Notes: generated from the sequence alone by a model not told the origin. Positions 9,395 through 18,029 are shown, numbered from the stretch's first letter. The stretch is 56,791 nt of DNA from Lysobacterales bacterium (GCA_036722245.1 DAIMJK010000001.1:1-56791); one strand, 5' to 3'. Translations and numbers: made by a program.

Positions 9395-10052
9395 TACCGA
9401 AGCCTCCTTCGTGCAGTTCCTCCAGTGCGCCGACTCTCGCCGCGGAAGAAATCAGGAAGAGTGAACTGTCGCTACCGGTGAGCGGTGAGGAAACCTCAAT
9501 CCCATCCAGCTCTTCTCTCGCAATTTCGGAAAACAAACCACCAAGCATGCCCGCCATCATGAAATCGACCGGCTCCCGGAGTTCCGACAATGCGTCCGAG
9601 AAAACACTGTTGCGCAATGTTGCCCTCAGATAGCCGTGCCGCGGAGCCGTGTTCAGGTCGAACTCGATCAAACCCCACCCGCCGAAGTTCAACATCGCCG
9701 CAAGTTGTGCAAGAAAGTCTTCAACCGATATCTTGTCTATGCGGCGCTGAACAACTGTCTGCGCCTGTTGGTTCAGGGTGCGAAACATCCGTTTTCCCCA
9801 AAGCTGGCCACAGCGTTTAAGAACGATCTTCCAAGCCGGCCCAGCCTCGTAGGAAAGGGCTGCGTGGATGCCACGCATTATATCGGTACACAGGAAGATG
9901 ACGCGCGTACCACTCGGGTCCACGACCGTGCCTTCATAGAGGTCGAAGGTGCAGGCGGTATGCGATACAAGCTGGTCGAGTCGGTCGATTCCAATCCTGT
10001 CAGTATTTCCGGTGCGGGGTACGTTAGATACAGCCAAGTCATTCATCATCAT
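9363..10052 (-). CDS. V4R-like domain protein (cysteine-less paralog)
   Basis: FGGWGLIEFDL...GYLRATLRNSVF...PVDFMMAGMLGGLFSEIAREELDGIEVSSPLTGSDSSLFLI has the same layout as the V4R protein at 12933-13592, but Cys is replaced by D/S. Its ATG shares one base with the upstream TAA (TAATG at 10052). Confidence 0.55.
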   Translation of the reverse strand: MMMNDLAVSNVPRTGNTDRIGIDRLDQLVSHTACTFDLYEGTVVDPSGTRVIFLCTDIMRGIHAALSYEAGPAWKIVLKRCGQLWGKRMFRTLNQQAQTVVQRRIDKISVEDFLAQLAAMLNFGGWGLIEFDLNTAPRHGYLRATLRNSVFSDALSELREPVDFMMAGMLGGLFSEIAREELDGIEVSSPLTGSDSSLFLISSAARVGALEELHEGGFGSDEYERRLRA

Positions 10053-10663
10053 TACTCCGCGGCCAGCGTGTCGATCGCCTGCTGCAAATATGGTTCAAAA
10101 AGCGCGAAGCTGTCCTGAGATAGCGCCTGCTGATAGTTCCTTTTCAGAACGATGTAGGTTTCCAATATTGCCTGGCGCTTTTGCGGTACGTTACCGATAG
10201 CGCCGGCCGCAGGCGTATCAATGCTCCTACGGGAACCGAATATCGCGGTGGACTTTTCGACCTCGCGCTTTGGAAACATGAAGGATTGAAGAATGGTCCG
10301 TAACCAGAGCAGGAGCTTGTCGCGAAACCAGTCATGATCGCGGATCAGCATCGCGGCGGTAGCATATACGCTGACGGTGGTGATATCGCGGGGCGCTTTC
10401 GCAGCAGCTGCTTCGTGATGCTCTTCGAAGGCGTAGATTGCGAAGATCTCACGCACGGTCTTCTCAACCACCCGTTGCTCGTGTTGCTCCACTTCTCTGG
10501 CGGCATCTACATAGGCAACACCGTTGGAGACCTGCCGCAGGTAGCTTGAGTACTCCTCAGAGTTCAAATGACGTCCCTCGCATCGTTTGAAAAGGTCCTG
10601 GATGGCCGAATTCCGACGCAGGCTTTCCGACGTTGATTTGTATTCCTTTGCTGGCGTAGGCAT
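10052..10663 (-). CDS. Phycobiliprotein-like globin (single domain, lacks the canonical bilin-attachment Cys)
   Basis: GRHLNSEEYSSYLRQVSNGVAYVDAAREVEQHEQRVVEKTVREIF...AKAPRDITTVSVYATAAMLIRD parallels allophycocyanin ARYLSPGELDRI..G..R...A......RII..A...LF...C-x-RD-x4-LR..Y....GD. Here Pro replaces the Cys before RD. Confidence 0.6.
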   Translation of the reverse strand: MPTPAKEYKSTSESLRRNSAIQDLFKRCEGRHLNSEEYSSYLRQVSNGVAYVDAAREVEQHEQRVVEKTVREIFAIYAFEEHHEAAAAKAPRDITTVSVYATAAMLIRDHDWFRDKLLLWLRTILQSFMFPKREVEKSTAIFGSRRSIDTPAAGAIGNVPQKRQAILETYIVLKRNYQQALSQDSFALFEPYLQQAIDTLAAE

Positions 10664-10675
10664 GACAAGGACTCT

Positions 10676-12922
10676 TTAATTCGTTGATGGGGACGGATCA
10701 CGAGCGGCCTCGCTGATCGCTTGATTTGTGGCCGCGGACATGGCGAAGCGCGCGAGATCGCGGTCATTCTCACCATGTTCCGCCTCGGCCGGTGTTACGC
10801 TGATGTGCTTGACATTCAGTGAACCCGACCAGGGCACCATTTCGAAATAGGAGCTTGCGGTCACTTCACTCAGCGGACACGCAAGCACCTGAAGGCGGCG
10901 GCGCTCTTTGTCTGCGTTGGCCTTCATTTCGGGCGCCCGTACCGCGTCGCTCGGCTTGTCGGTCGGCGGGGGATCCTGTTCGGTGACCACATGCGTGGCT
11001 CGTGGGGCCTGATTCACCGGAGGCGCTTTTCCGAGCACGGTAGCGGTGAATGACCCGCTGGCTGAAGCCATCTGTTTTCGAAGTAGCTGCGCTTCCAACG
11101 CCAGTTTCTCTACCCTTGCCGCAGCTGCCTTTTCCTTTGCCTGCTCAAGCTCCACATTGAGTGCCGCCATCGCCTCTGACAAGTCGCGTTGCTCGGCCTC
11201 TGCTGCGATGCGCAGACCATTGGCTTCAGCCAGGGCCGCTTCTCTCTGCTTGATCCTGGCCTTGAGCTCATCGTTCTCGTTGCTGAATCGGGTTTGCTCG
11301 GACAGCGCGTCTGTCGATTTCCTGGTCTCCGATCCAAGCGCCAGCTTGACGGAATTCAATTCACTTCGAACTGCATCCACTGCATCGACGGCTGCGAGCA
11401 GTTCTCTCTTCAAGCCTTGCGTTTCAGACTCGTACCGATCGCGTAATGCCACTTGTTCGGCATGAGCTTCATGAAGCCCTGTGCGGGCCAACGACAGTTC
11501 AGTTTTGATCTCCGCCAGCTGGCTTTCATACTTTTTCGCTTCGAGTAGTAGCCCGGTCTTGCCGTTCCGCAATTCTTCCAGTTCGGCAACGTCGGCGGCA
11601 GATTGCGAGCTTTGCGCGGAAGCCGTGCTGGTCAACTGGCGGAATTCCTTTTCCAGTTTCTCCAGCGCGCTTTCGAGCGCGACCCGCGCCGTGCTGGATT
11701 CCTCCAGCGCAAGGGCCAACGTCTCTGTTTCGTTGCGCAGCTTCTCCTCGAGCTCAGCCATCGCCAGGTTGTGCTGGTGCACGTGCTCATCGGCCTGAAT
11801 GCGCAACTGTTCTCGAATCAGCTGCAGATCCTGTTCGCACTGCTGCGCGTTCGTTTTCGCGTAGTCTCGTTCAGAGGTCAGGTCTGCGAGTTCCGCTTCG
11901 AGCCGATTGTGTTCTGCAGTACTGGCTTGTAGTTGCTCTCGTAAATGATCTAGCTCTGCTCGCACCGACTCCGCCGCCGCCGCCTGCAGTGTCAGCTCGG
12001 CACACTGCCTGGAACGTTGCTCCAACTGCTCAAGCTGGAGCAGATAGTCTGTTTCCAATGACTTTTGCTCTTCACGAAGCACATCAATCTGCCCATACAG
12101 ATCCTTCTTCTCGAGTTCGTGGGCTAGATGGTGTTCCTCGATCTGTTCCTGCAGACGCGCATTCCGAGCGTGTGTGTCGGCGATCTCATCGCGCAATGAT
12201 TCCGCTTCCACCCCAACCGCGGAGATCTCTTGTAGTGAAGCTTCCTGCCCCCCCGCAGGCAGAGTTGTGTCGCCTGATGCCAGCGCGCTCGCCTCGAGCT
12301 CGGCGACTTTCTCCTTCAGCAAATCACGTTCGTACGTCAGCTGATGCATGCTTACCGCCAGCGCATCCAGATCCGCCGAACCCTGATCGATCTGCCTGGC
12401 GCCCGGGCTTTCGCGCTCGGCAAGCTGAATCAGCGATCCCAGGCGCTCGTTGAGTGCGTCCAGTCGACGCTCAATCTCAAGTGTACCTTCGCCGATCTTG
12501 TTGACCAGGTCCACAGACAGAAACTCTCGTTGCCTGGCGATACGTTCCAGCTCGTCGGCGAGCGTCTGGACTTGCTCGAGCGCACGCTCGTAGGCCGCCT
12601 TTGTCTGATCACCCGAGTTCTCTGCTTCACGCCTGGAACTGGCGAAAGCCTCATCGTCGGCATGCTGGCTGTAGTCCAGACCTACCGCAGCTTGAAAGAC
12701 CGGCTTGGCATCGGAGTCAAACGCCCATTGCGGCAGCTTGTCCATCTCGAACGCCGCCTCGCCGCCATCGAAGGTCTCGGCTTCGCGGGACAGGACGTTC
12801 ATTTCGGAATCATGGCCACTTTGTGCTGCGCCATCGGAACTCTTATCACTGCCGACAGCGTGGGCAACGGTCGCGAAGAAGCTTCGGAGATGGGCGATCT
12901 GGGTCTTTTCGAGCTTGTCCAT
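10676..12922 (-). CDS. Long coiled-coil protein (SMC/myosin-tail-like rod) with non-coiled termini
   Basis: About 520 aa of heptad-like E/L/Q/A/R-rich sequence (e.g. LEQVQTLADELERIARQ, LREQLQASTAEHNRLEAELADL). ATG 12922 is preceded by GAGGAG and lies 10 nt after the upstream stop. Confidence 0.7.
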   Translation of the reverse strand: MDKLEKTQIAHLRSFFATVAHAVGSDKSSDGAAQSGHDSEMNVLSREAETFDGGEAAFEMDKLPQWAFDSDAKPVFQAAVGLDYSQHADDEAFASSRREAENSGDQTKAAYERALEQVQTLADELERIARQREFLSVDLVNKIGEGTLEIERRLDALNERLGSLIQLAERESPGARQIDQGSADLDALAVSMHQLTYERDLLKEKVAELEASALASGDTTLPAGGQEASLQEISAVGVEAESLRDEIADTHARNARLQEQIEEHHLAHELEKKDLYGQIDVLREEQKSLETDYLLQLEQLEQRSRQCAELTLQAAAAESVRAELDHLREQLQASTAEHNRLEAELADLTSERDYAKTNAQQCEQDLQLIREQLRIQADEHVHQHNLAMAELEEKLRNETETLALALEESSTARVALESALEKLEKEFRQLTSTASAQSSQSAADVAELEELRNGKTGLLLEAKKYESQLAEIKTELSLARTGLHEAHAEQVALRDRYESETQGLKRELLAAVDAVDAVRSELNSVKLALGSETRKSTDALSEQTRFSNENDELKARIKQREAALAEANGLRIAAEAEQRDLSEAMAALNVELEQAKEKAAAARVEKLALEAQLLRKQMASASGSFTATVLGKAPPVNQAPRATHVVTEQDPPPTDKPSDAVRAPEMKANADKERRRLQVLACPLSEVTASSYFEMVPWSGSLNVKHISVTPAEAEHGENDRDLARFAMSAATNQAISEAARDPSPSTN

Positions 12923-12932
12923 GGCGATCTCC

Positions 12933-13592
12933 TCAGCCGAGTTTTTCCATGATGTCACGGGCGGAAGCGCCTTCTTCCCGCCAGAATTCGGCCGCGTTCA
13001 CCCTGGTTTCATCGCTGATCAGAAATTTGCAAACATCATTTCCCATTGCGTAGCATTGAACCTCAATGCTTTGCAAGTCGCGCTGATGGAAATAGGAAAA
13101 CGCACCAGCAAACAATCCGGCATATAGATGACACACCGGACGTCCAGCCATCTTCATGGACTTGGCCACTGCGGAGTTCCGGATCTCCACCATGGTGATA
13201 TCGTTGTCGCTGAAACTCAGATCCAGGGTCCAACCACCGAAACCCTCTACGGTCAGTGGCCACCACCAGCATTCCCAAATGAAGGCGGGATTCATCTGCC
13301 AGATATCCAGCCGTCCGCCACCGAACTCGTGGCGCATCCGGTTATTGAAGCGTTTCATGTCCTGCAGCGCCCACTCCTGACCGCAGCGGTACATCAACAG
13401 GCCGCTGCCGGTACCGACCTCTTCCTCGATTCCCAGATGCAGCCCGTTGATGAAGGATTCCGAGACCCGCGCCGCACGCTGCCCATCCCGAAGGTAGATC
13501 GCCCCCTCTGAACGCTCGTGGCGAAAGAACTCCTCGGGCATGTAGTAGTTGTGATAACCGGCAACTCCACCGGCAACTGTATCAATGGCCAT
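12933..13592 (-). CDS. V4R (4-vinyl-reductase-type) small-molecule-binding domain protein
   Basis: FGGWTLDLSF...VEIRNSAVA...RPVCHLYAGLFAGAFSYF...SIEVQCYAMGNDVCKFLI matches the classic V4R G-W-G ... C-H ... E-x2-C-x3-G-x3-C-x-F pattern. Confidence 0.72.
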   Translation of the reverse strand: MAIDTVAGGVAGYHNYYMPEEFFRHERSEGAIYLRDGQRAARVSESFINGLHLGIEEEVGTGSGLLMYRCGQEWALQDMKRFNNRMRHEFGGGRLDIWQMNPAFIWECWWWPLTVEGFGGWTLDLSFSDNDITMVEIRNSAVAKSMKMAGRPVCHLYAGLFAGAFSYFHQRDLQSIEVQCYAMGNDVCKFLISDETRVNAAEFWREEGASARDIMEKLG

Positions 13593-13601
13593 ACTGATTC
13601 C

Positions 13602-14069
13602 TCAGGCGGTCTGAACGTCACGAACGCTGAAATCAACGTCCCTGAGCTGCATTATGGAAGAGCGGATGATTATCTTTCTTGCCTCAACCAGCACTTCACC
13701 GGTCACCGGGTGAAGTATCGGCACTGTGGTTCGCTGGCCGATCAAGCTCTCGAGCTCGGAATACGACTCGACGTAGAGACCATCTGGCAGCGCCACTTCC
13801 ACGCCATCACTGATCACTCGAGCCTGACAAGACAAGCGGCTGTTTGGCTGTGCTCCGGTCAATATGCTCAAGGCGAGCTTTTCTCGCTGCGAGGGCGGGG
13901 TCAGGCACTTCTCTCCGGCGACCACGTAAACGTGGCAAGTCGCGCACAGGCCGCGTCCGCCACACAGCATCTTCACCGGAACCTGGTTGGCCAGCAATGC
14001 ATCCAGTAGCCTGGATTCGGTTGGTAAATCGACTTTGGTTCCGTCAGCTCTAAAGGCAATTGTTTTCAT
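13602..14069 (-). CDS. [2Fe-2S] ferredoxin with a ~55-aa C-terminal extension
   Basis: Cys36-x5-Cys42-x2-Cys45-x35-Cys81 (MLCGGRGLCATCHV ... RLSCQ). The ATG overlaps the upstream stop (ATGA at 14066-14069). Confidence 0.88.
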   Translation of the reverse strand: MKTIAFRADGTKVDLPTESRLLDALLANQVPVKMLCGGRGLCATCHVYVVAGEKCLTPPSQREKLALSILTGAQPNSRLSCQARVISDGVEVALPDGLYVESYSELESLIGQRTTVPILHPVTGEVLVEARKIIIRSSIMQLRDVDFSVRDVQTA

Positions 14070-17000
14070 TGGGCAGCAACCTCAGGCGCATAGCTTTCGC
14101 GTTCAATCAGATCGAGTATTGGCAACAACGCCGGCCGGTGTCTGCCGGGGACCGCGGACACGAGCTCTCGCAGCCAGGTCATGGCCGAGGAGGGATCGGT
14201 GGCGATCAGGGTTTCCGTGTTGATGCTCACACCCATCCGCATGGCTCTGGAACTCTGCCGCGCGCGATCCAGCAGGTCGTGCGGAACATCGATGACTTGA
14301 GCCAGTGCAATCGCCAGGGTGCTGGCTGCCTGCATTTCCGGCAACAATGCGTTGATCTCGCGCAATCGATCAAGCAGTCCCTGTGCCGGGCTTCCCAAGC
14401 GGTCCAGATATTCAATCGAAAGTTGCAGCGCGATACCAATGTGTTCGGCCGGGTACCCTTGCCAAATGCCGTGTTGAGTTCTCCAGAGCCACGCCCTAGC
14501 GCTGGCGAACGGCGCGCCTTCGCGTAACGGAGCTGTTTCCAGAGCCAGTGTCTGCAGCGCCAGGACGAACTGTGCGTTTCGCATGGGCGAGGCGTAGCCA
14601 GCTCCGCGCGGAGGCAGTATGTGCTCCTGTCTGAGCATCAGGGCATCAGCAAATCGTGCCTGGGTCTGGCGCAAGCTCAGCATGTCCGGGCATTGCCAGC
14701 CGGTGGCGCGGGCTACCGGAATGTCTCCCGGCATCGGTGTGGTGAGGCCGTCGTCCTCGGCCTGGACCCAGCGATCGGCACGCCACAGCCAGTGTGCGGC
14801 AGCCAATTCCGAATGCACGACGCAGTAGATGTCAAAACCATGGGGCTCTTCGCTGCTTGCAATGGTGGAGCAGCGATTGAGTACTGTCCCGATTTCGTCC
14901 AAGACGTCGGCAACTGCGGCATTGAGCGGCTCGTCAGTATCGTCTCGCAGCACTTGGCTCAAACCTGGCAGCACCTCATCCCATTCGTTCGCGAACGACT
15001 CATTGACCAAGGGGCTGAGCATCAACGTGCGTGCGACGAAAGCACGGCTCCTGGTCCCGGCGGCGCGACCCGCTGCGGCTGCGAGCAACGCCGAGGCGAA
15101 CTGGCGCCAGTTGGCCTCCATTTCTGGATCGGTCGAGAACACTGCATCGGTCGATGCAAAAACCCTTCGACCGATTCGGTGCAAGGCTTCGGCATGGCGA
15201 GTCATTGCCATGGCGACTTCGGTCAGCTGCGTCCATGCCTCTCGCGCACCGCAGCGGCTGCCGTTTGACAATACTCTGCCGAGCTCGTCGAGAACCAGCC
15301 GCCAACTGCGAGGCTTGAACGGGACATGGCTGATCAGGCAGGTCAACAGATAGCGGCAGACCTCGATGTCCGCGCAATGGGACGCCGGGCCATGCAACGC
15401 TTGAACCATGAAGCGAATCAGAAGTTGCTGATCACGGAGTCCTTTCTCACGATACAGCCACTGCTCATCAGGTGGGCCTTCATGCAGCTCGGGCAACAGA
15501 TCAGCCACCGCGATGGCCATCTCGCTCTGTCGCGCGTGCAGTGTGTGACCCAGGGCAGTCAGCCGGAGGCGGTCCAGGCCCACTTCCAGCAGACACAGCC
15601 AGAACCCGCTCTGCGCCGGCGTCAATGACTGCTGCGTTATGACACAAAGCTTGAACCAGGCGCTCTCGATCTCTGACAAGGCGTGCCGATCCAGTAGTTT
15701 TTGCTGGATCGGCATGGTGCGCGACCACGCCAGCGCCAGATCGCCATGCTCGTTCAAGCCGTCCGCGGCGGACCGCCAGAGGTCCAATAGACCGCGTCCC
15801 AGCGAGTCGAGGGTGCTGGGTTCCACGCGTTCAAGCGCTCGGTGGTGCGATGGTGATGATCGACGCGTTCCGAACAGCGCGTCCCACAGCGGACTCGGCT
15901 GGTCGAACGTATCGAAGCTCAGAACCGCGTCGCTGGAAAGCTCACGCGGAATGTCGATCGACAGCGCCTTGCGATAGACGGTCGACAACACATCCAGCGC
16001 AACACAGTACTCGCTGTAGTCAAGAATACTCCGCAATTCGGCGGCGAGTTTCGCCAGATTGCCTTGCATGACTGGCTCATCGCGGTTGACCAGATAGATG
16101 CCGATGGTCGACAACCACCACCAGGTCATCGCAGCACTGGGGGAAGCAGTTGCTCCACCCAGCACCTGGCCCAGTCTGAGCAAGGTAAACTCATTGTCTC
16201 GCAGGGTTGAGGCGCGACCGCGTTCACCGATCCTCTCGGCGTACTCGGGGAACTCGGACAGGGTAGCCGCCGAGGCTGATACTGCCATCAAGTGCGCGCG
16301 ACGAACAATCTTCACCCCGGCGCCCAGTTGCGGCAGGCTCGCGCAGAAGGCGCTCAACAACCCAAACGGTCGCCCGGTTGCGTACGCGCTGTTGATGGCC
16401 ATTTGGTGACGCCAGTCCCTCAGCGCATCGATAGCGCGATCGGTATCCTGCTCATCTCCCGCGGCCAACAGGACCCGTGCCGTCCAGGCGCGCAACTCGG
16501 CGTACGCATGATGCTCTTGATAGCAGCAGAGCACCTGCAGGAGTTCGAAGCAACGTTGCAGCCAGACCTTGGTGCCCCCTATCTCGCACGTTGGCGCGGT
16601 CAGCGCGAAGCTGCAATCATCCAGTTCGGCAAGGTCTCGGCAAATGTCCGGCAACAGCTCGAGCAAAGCCACAAGCTGGCTGTCCGTGCTCAACCTATCA
16701 TCCTCGTTTGCGCACGAGAGCATCGATCGGGCGTAGCTCGAAAGTGTCGCACCGCTCTCCCAGATGCTCTCGCCGTGGGCGCACAGGAAGGGCATCCGCA
16801 TCCGAAACAGCTGTTGACGCGCTCCGGTGTCATGACCGAAGGCCGCCGCTCGGCGAGCCTCCACCAAGGCATGCCGAATGCGCTGATTCAAACCGGTCGC
16901 GTCCGCGCCGGCGCTGGTATCGATAACCGCAAGCGCTGGCTGGGACGAGGCTTCGGCACTGACCAACAAGACCGCCCGGTCAAGGAAGTCAAGCGCATCG

Positions 17001-18028
17001 GACAACGGGTCGAGATAATTTCGCTCCCAGCGCCGCCGCATCACCATCAGTATCTGCCGCTGTGCTTCCACCCAGCGCTCTCGGAAGTCGCTGCTGCTCG
17101 GCGCGCCGATTCCGGCATGACGAAACTGCCCGCACAGGCGCGAGTTCAGTTGCGCCTCGGGCCTGAGTTGTGCCAGGCACAACAGCGGCAGCAGGTCACT
17201 CAGGATTCCCGCATCCGCCGGCAAGTATGGCCTCGCGTCCGCGATAACATCGGCGATGAAGTCAAAGCGTGGCACCGCGCCGACCAAGGCCGCGACCGCA
17301 GCGCCGAACGCATGGCTCAGACGTTTCGATGCGCGCGCCGTGAAAGCTCGATCCAACCGCAGCAGCAGCAAGGACCACAGTCTGGCATCGAGCTTGAAGC
17401 TGCCCAGCATGCGATCGAGGAACAGGCGCACGAGTTCGACGTCGACGAGCGCTCCTGCATCCTCGGCGCATGCGCTCCAGTCAGTCAACAGCTGTGCGAG
17501 TGTCTGTTCCATGGCTTGATAGTCCGGCGCGGAACCCTCGCCGAAGAACTCGAAGGCATACCGGACGCCGACCAACACTTCGGCGCTGATGACCGTGGCA
17601 TCGGCACCGATCCGGGTCCTCTGAGAGGCAACCGCGGCAAACTCAGTCAGTTCCCACAGGCTTACCTCTGCCAGACAGCGGGCACGGCACGAAAGCTTGG
17701 TTGAAATCAGATGCAGAACTACTTCAGCAACGCATTGCGCGAACTCGCTCCGATCGCCCTGAAGCACCACCCAGGCGCGATCAGAGAGTGGCTCGTTGCT
17801 GCCTCCTCCACGCAGACGCTTGAGCACATCGGCAATGATGCGTGCGACCTGTTCAGCATGGTTCTGGGGGCCGTCTTTACGCAGGCTTAAATGCCGCAGT
17901 ACCTCGGAGGGGTCGATCTGCTCAAGGGCGTCGCAGATCTCCGAGCACAGCGGCGCGGAAATCTCACCGGGCAAGCGGTCGGCTTCAAAGCCATGGAACG
18001 CGGGAGCCAAAGGGGAAGTCGCCATCAT
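14066..18028 (-). CDS. 1320-aa Trp/Cys-rich all-helical repeat protein, related to the poly-globin protein upstream
   Basis: Uninterrupted ORF. Start at ATG 18028, directly after the upstream TAG (TAGGATGATG). The N-terminal module AEQVARIIADVLKRLRGGGSNEPLSDRAWVVL resembles AERCVRDVTIVLRMIALSLGDGGSDPASQLRAWSSV of the 767-aa protein. No NTPase or enzyme motif seen. Confidence 0.75.
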   Translation of the reverse strand: MMATSPLAPAFHGFEADRLPGEISAPLCSEICDALEQIDPSEVLRHLSLRKDGPQNHAEQVARIIADVLKRLRGGGSNEPLSDRAWVVLQGDRSEFAQCVAEVVLHLISTKLSCRARCLAEVSLWELTEFAAVASQRTRIGADATVISAEVLVGVRYAFEFFGEGSAPDYQAMEQTLAQLLTDWSACAEDAGALVDVELVRLFLDRMLGSFKLDARLWSLLLLRLDRAFTARASKRLSHAFGAAVAALVGAVPRFDFIADVIADARPYLPADAGILSDLLPLLCLAQLRPEAQLNSRLCGQFRHAGIGAPSSSDFRERWVEAQRQILMVMRRRWERNYLDPLSDALDFLDRAVLLVSAEASSQPALAVIDTSAGADATGLNQRIRHALVEARRAAAFGHDTGARQQLFRMRMPFLCAHGESIWESGATLSSYARSMLSCANEDDRLSTDSQLVALLELLPDICRDLAELDDCSFALTAPTCEIGGTKVWLQRCFELLQVLCCYQEHHAYAELRAWTARVLLAAGDEQDTDRAIDALRDWRHQMAINSAYATGRPFGLLSAFCASLPQLGAGVKIVRRAHLMAVSASAATLSEFPEYAERIGERGRASTLRDNEFTLLRLGQVLGGATASPSAAMTWWWLSTIGIYLVNRDEPVMQGNLAKLAAELRSILDYSEYCVALDVLSTVYRKALSIDIPRELSSDAVLSFDTFDQPSPLWDALFGTRRSSPSHHRALERVEPSTLDSLGRGLLDLWRSAADGLNEHGDLALAWSRTMPIQQKLLDRHALSEIESAWFKLCVITQQSLTPAQSGFWLCLLEVGLDRLRLTALGHTLHARQSEMAIAVADLLPELHEGPPDEQWLYREKGLRDQQLLIRFMVQALHGPASHCADIEVCRYLLTCLISHVPFKPRSWRLVLDELGRVLSNGSRCGAREAWTQLTEVAMAMTRHAEALHRIGRRVFASTDAVFSTDPEMEANWRQFASALLAAAAGRAAGTRSRAFVARTLMLSPLVNESFANEWDEVLPGLSQVLRDDTDEPLNAAVADVLDEIGTVLNRCSTIASSEEPHGFDIYCVVHSELAAAHWLWRADRWVQAEDDGLTTPMPGDIPVARATGWQCPDMLSLRQTQARFADALMLRQEHILPPRGAGYASPMRNAQFVLALQTLALETAPLREGAPFASARAWLWRTQHGIWQGYPAEHIGIALQLSIEYLDRLGSPAQGLLDRLREINALLPEMQAASTLAIALAQVIDVPHDLLDRARQSSRAMRMGVSINTETLIATDPSSAMTWLRELVSAVPGRHRPALLPILDLIERESYAPEVAAQ

Positions 18029-18029
18029 C

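Noticed and set aside
16292-17704. Long plus-strand ORFs opposite the minus-strand genes. Examples: 16292-17704 (470 aa), 1127-1849, 23658-24497, 35538-36212, 39717-40658, 41712-42644, 49261-50319, 50485-51492 and 51499-52203. The minus-strand ORF 52568-53236, opposite the TPR kinase, is the same kind of artefact.
   Set aside because: They are antisense shadows typical of high-GC DNA. Translations are R/Q/G/P/A-rich with no motifs. Each lies wholly inside a motif-bearing gene on the other strand.
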